Assembly: GCF_000195975.1 (NCBI RefSeq) | Contig: NC_005070.1 | Location: forward strand, 1,890,001 to 1,922,000 | DNA length: 32,000 bases | Reading direction: 5' to 3' | Source of the DNA: Parasynechococcus marenigrum WH 8102 | GTDB lineage: Bacteria > Cyanobacteriota > Cyanobacteriia > PCC-6307 > Cyanobiaceae | In this document: positions 26,379 to 32,000 of the stretch, piece after piece | Position numbering within the stretch: position 1 is the first letter of the stretch | How the letters are laid out: each line of letters opens with the position of its first letter | The notes under the pieces: model-generated | Databases searched by the model: none | What the model saw: the letters and a program-made list of their open reading frames with translations, nothing else | What the model was told of the DNA's origin: nothing | Program-made: the position numbers and the translations under genes

Positions 26379-26729
26379 ATGGGGCCATTCTCCGGTCGTT
26401 TGCTCAGCGTTTCTGCTGCAATGTTGCCAGGCTCGAAAACTTCGAAACAGAGACATATAAGTTTAGACAGTCGGTTTATGAGCCAATGGATGAAAGCCGC
26501 CAAAAATTCCCACGCAGCAATCACTCAGATCAGCGCCGCTCACCTTGATTCAACAACAACAAGGAAGGTAACAACAGGACGTTCAAAAGATAAGTCGCAG
26601 ACCTTAATTGGGAAAATGAGTGCTCAGTTTCCGAGCCTGACCAAAAATATGAAAACCGATGTAGACAGAACGAGTGATGAATCTAAACAAAAGGGCAAAC
26701 GCCGCAGAGGTCGTCGCAAATCGTCCTAA
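26379..26729 (+). CDS. Questionable basic, low-complexity ORF (116 aa)
   Basis: It is the only long ORF in the AT-rich 26247..26729 spacer. It has a purine-rich AAGAGGGAA just before the ATG and a C-terminus KQKGKRRRGRRKSS. It overlaps an alternative 62-aa ORF (26360..26548) and abuts the convergent gene with zero gap. Confidence 0.3.
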   Translation: MGPFSGRLLSVSAAMLPGSKTSKQRHISLDSRFMSQWMKAAKNSHAAITQISAAHLDSTTTRKVTTGRSKDKSQTLIGKMSAQFPSLTKNMKTDVDRTSDESKQKGKRRRGRRKSS

Positions 26730-27179
26730 TCAATTATTTGAGGAGATCTCGAAAACACCATCTTCAGGGCGATTGGACTTAAGTGCATCCCAATTAATGG
26801 CTTGCAGGAAAGCCTCTTCATCGTGTGTTTCCACAACATCTACGCCCCAGAAACCTTCTTGAAGCGGTGCACCTGGAGCAGCCAGAGAATCTTTGCGCCC
26901 ACCAAGTGCCAATATGACGTGATCTGCACTTTGTCCAAGTTTAGACCTCAATTGCTTCCAAGACTTGACCAACTCCACTGCCATATCGTTGGGAGGCAAG
27001 TTTGAAGTCAATTCAATGATCCAATGAGGATGTTGAATGACTGTTGCAGAAATAATTGCCGAAGAATTCGAGACTATACCGTCAGCGAGAACTTGAGTTT
27101 CAAAGGGAGGGACATCTTTAGATTGAACCTGCAGGTTATGAGACAGAATAAATGTCGTCATTGGAAAAGACTTGTCCAC
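26730..27179 (-). CDS. Hypothetical protein downstream of cpeBA (unk-type PBS-region gene)
   Basis: 149-aa ORF (alternative start Met7 at 27161) with no recognised domain. It shares WKQLRSK and a [ST]HD[DE] motif with ORF 8367..8606. Confidence 0.55.
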   Translation of the reverse strand: MDKSFPMTTFILSHNLQVQSKDVPPFETQVLADGIVSNSSAIISATVIQHPHWIIELTSNLPPNDMAVELVKSWKQLRSKLGQSADHVILALGGRKDSLAAPGAPLQEGFWGVDVVETHDEEAFLQAINWDALKSNRPEDGVFEISSNN

Positions 27180-27237
27180 TCAATCTTAACGGAACAACTA
27201 CATAGCCGCGATTCAATCTGAGAAGCCTGCAGTCATC

Positions 27238-27266
27238 AAAAAAGGGGGGGGCTTATCGCCCCCCCC
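27238..27266 (-). terminator. Rho-independent terminator after cpeBA (minus strand)
   Basis: The minus strand reads GGGGGGGGC-GATAA-GCCCCCCCC followed by T6. On the plus strand these are A6 at 27238-27243, G8C at 27244-27252 and GC8 at 27258-27266. It lies 22 nt past the cpeA stop. Confidence 0.85.
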
Positions 27267-27287
27267 TCTCTCACAGCCGTTGCCAGT

Positions 27288-27791
<504 letters not shown>

Positions 27792-27840
27792 TTAGATAAG
27801 GGTGCTGAGAAGGAAAGAAGAAGACGAATTCAGCCGCCGA

Positions 27841-28455
<615 letters not shown>

Positions 28456-28705
28456 CTAAGACTGGAGGCCCAAAGGGGGAAGATGCGCCCTGCTACGCTA
28501 AACCCCGGTTCCCGGCTGGGTTCCAAAACAGACGCGGTCACGCAAGAGTTTGTCACCTTGGGGCACGAGTCAACGACTACCGGCAAGACCGTCGACCATC
28601 AAGGCTTCCAAGCCGGTCGGTCAATGTCGTGGGTCAGAGACGAGGCCCTACGGAGCCAAGGCAGACAGGTAGAAGGTTTAAAATTTCAGAGTCAGTCAGC
28701 ATTTC

Positions 28706-28939
28706 ATGGATCAAACAGCCTCTGATCTGCCCAGCATTGAAGAATTACAGGAGTCTATTGACGAACTATCTGCATACCGAGAGAGACTTTTTCAGGATGT
28801 GGTCGGACTTGGAAAGAAGCTGCGCCTCTCGAAGAAAAAAATTGATTCGACAGTCGCTGAGCACGCAGAGCTAAAGCGTCTTGACGAAGTTATGTCACAA
28901 CTTGTTGCGCAAAGAGATTCTCAGCAGTCTAAATCTTGA
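28706..28939 (+). CDS. Small coiled-coil hypothetical protein (77 aa)
   Basis: Charged, heptad-like sequence (IEELQESIDELSAYRERLFQDVVGLGKKL...AELKRLDEVMSQLVAQRD). It is divergent from cpeB and upstream of cpeU. No family recognised. Confidence 0.45.
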   Translation: MDQTASDLPSIEELQESIDELSAYRERLFQDVVGLGKKLRLSKKKIDSTVAEHAELKRLDEVMSQLVAQRDSQQSKS

Positions 28940-28997
28940 ATTTTATTAGAAGGATTGATCCACAGTCTCAACACCTCAGCTCTGCAAGTTCAATCTA

Positions 28998-31104
<2,107 letters not shown>

Positions 31105-31110
<6 letters not shown>

Positions 31111-31138
31111 CTCCCTTGTCGTACCAAGGGAGTTAAGC
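31105..31138 (+). promoter_or_regulatory. 14-bp perfect stem-loop spanning the pebB stop codon (no U-tract)
   Basis: GCTTAACTCCCTTG (31105-31118) / CAAGGGAGTTAAGC (31125-31138), loop TCGTAC. The TAA stop at 31108-31110 lies inside the 5' arm and CATTATG follows. Confidence 0.6.
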
Positions 31139-31268
31139 ATTATGAACAGCCGTCGAAGCGCCCGCCTGGGCTTGGCGAGAATCGCATGGTCGGGATGCAG
31201 GCAATAGCCTTCGACCATCCCAATTGTCTGAGATTCCCCTCCAGACGTAGTTCACAGGAACAACAACC

Positions 31269-31787
31269 ATGTTCGACGCCTTCACCAAGGTTGTCGCCCA
31301 GGCCGATGCCCGGGGACAATTCATCAGCACCAGCGAGATCGATGCCCTCGCTGCCATGGTTTCCGACAGCAACAAGCGTCTGGATGCCGTGAATCGCATC
31401 TCCAGCAACGCTTCCACCATCGTTGCTTCGGCTGCCCGTCAGCTGTTCGCTCAGCAGCCTTCACTGATCGCCCCCGGCGGCAACGCTTACACCTCCCGTC
31501 GCATGGCTGCTTGCCTGCGCGACATGGAGATCATTCTTCGCTACGTCACCTACTCCGCATTCACCGGCGACGCTTCCGTGATGGAAGACCGCTGCCTGAA
31601 CGGCCTGCGTGAGACCTACCTGGCCCTCGGCACTCCCGGTGCTTCCGTTGCCGCCGGCGTGAACCTGATGAAGGACACTGCCCTGGCCATCGTCAACGAC
31701 AAAGCTGGTATTTCCGCTGGCGACTGCGCTTCCCTGAGCAGCGAAATCGGCACCTACTTCGACCGCGCCGCCGCCTCCGTCGCCTGA
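31269..31787 (+). CDS. rpcB: Phycocyanin (R-PC type) beta subunit
   Basis: [20 protein letters not shown]...[27 protein letters not shown]...SAGDCASLS, 172 aa, with Cys-82 and Cys-153 equivalents. Confidence 0.9.
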   Translation: MFDAFTKVVAQADARGQFISTSEIDALAAMVSDSNKRLDAVNRISSNASTIVASAARQLFAQQPSLIAPGGNAYTSRRMAACLRDMEIILRYVTYSAFTGDASVMEDRCLNGLRETYLALGTPGASVAAGVNLMKDTALAIVNDKAGISAGDCASLSSEIGTYFDRAAASVA

Positions 31788-31829
31788 TCGACTCGTTAAT
31801 CCGACGTCTTTCACTTCTCCCATCAACCA

Positions 31830-32000
31830 ATGAAAACCCCACTTACCGAAGCTGTTGCTGCAGCTGATTCCCAGGGCCGTTTCCTGAGCAACACCGAAGT
31901 TCAGGCTGCTTCCGGTCGCTTCAACCGTGCCAAGGCCAGCCTCGAAGCGGCCAAAGCCCTCACGAGTAAGGCCGATTCCTTGGTGAACGGCGCAGCTCAA
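31830..32000 (+). CDS. rpcA: Phycocyanin alpha subunit, N-terminal 57 aa (3' end outside window)
   Basis: Hand translation from ATG31830 gives [57 protein letters not shown], a canonical PC-alpha N-terminus. The frame is open to the window end. Confidence 0.88.
   Translation, partial: MKTPLTEAVAAADSQGRFLSNTEVQAASGRFNRAKASLEAAKALTSKADSLVNGAAQ

Overview
This window looks like a marine Synechococcus (cluster 5.1-type) chromosome segment, though no database search was possible. The first ~8.2 kb is GC-rich housekeeping DNA on the + strand: psbB 3' end, psbT, nrdR, rpsA, a HAD hydrolase, metK, an FGGY sugar kinase, a DUF2470 protein and a ComF-like phosphoribosyltransferase. It is interrupted by an AT-richer islet carrying an orphan phycoerythrin-II linker (mpeE-like). 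A tRNA-Phe(GAA) at 8273..8345 marks the start of the phycobilisome (PBS) rod gene region, which fills the rest of the window. In order it contains: small unknown genes, aplA-like, cpcG2 (CpcL-like hydrophobic tail), a pentapeptide-repeat protein, cpeC-mpeD-cpeE linkers, cpeS-cpeT-cpeR, three tandem Nif11-domain genes (minus strand), mpeY-family lyase, mpeBA, mpeC, mpeU-like lyase, a solo Nif11-like gene, cpeZ-cpeY (minus), two unknown ORFs, cpeBA (minus), a coiled-coil ORF, cpeU-pebA-pebB, and rpcB plus the rpcA 5' end. Having both PE-I and PE-II operons and three putatively chromophorylated linkers (MpeC/D/E) indicates a PE-II-containing, probably high-urobilin pigment type. I saw no rRNA, CRISPR array, transposase, integrase or phage gene. 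The best candidates for undescribed biology are (1) the four Nif11-domain small proteins interleaved with the bilin-lyase genes and (2) small ORFs and RNA structures in the spacers that the 60-aa ORF track misses. Gene names come from recognisable protein motifs and remembered synteny. Start codons of several genes are uncertain.
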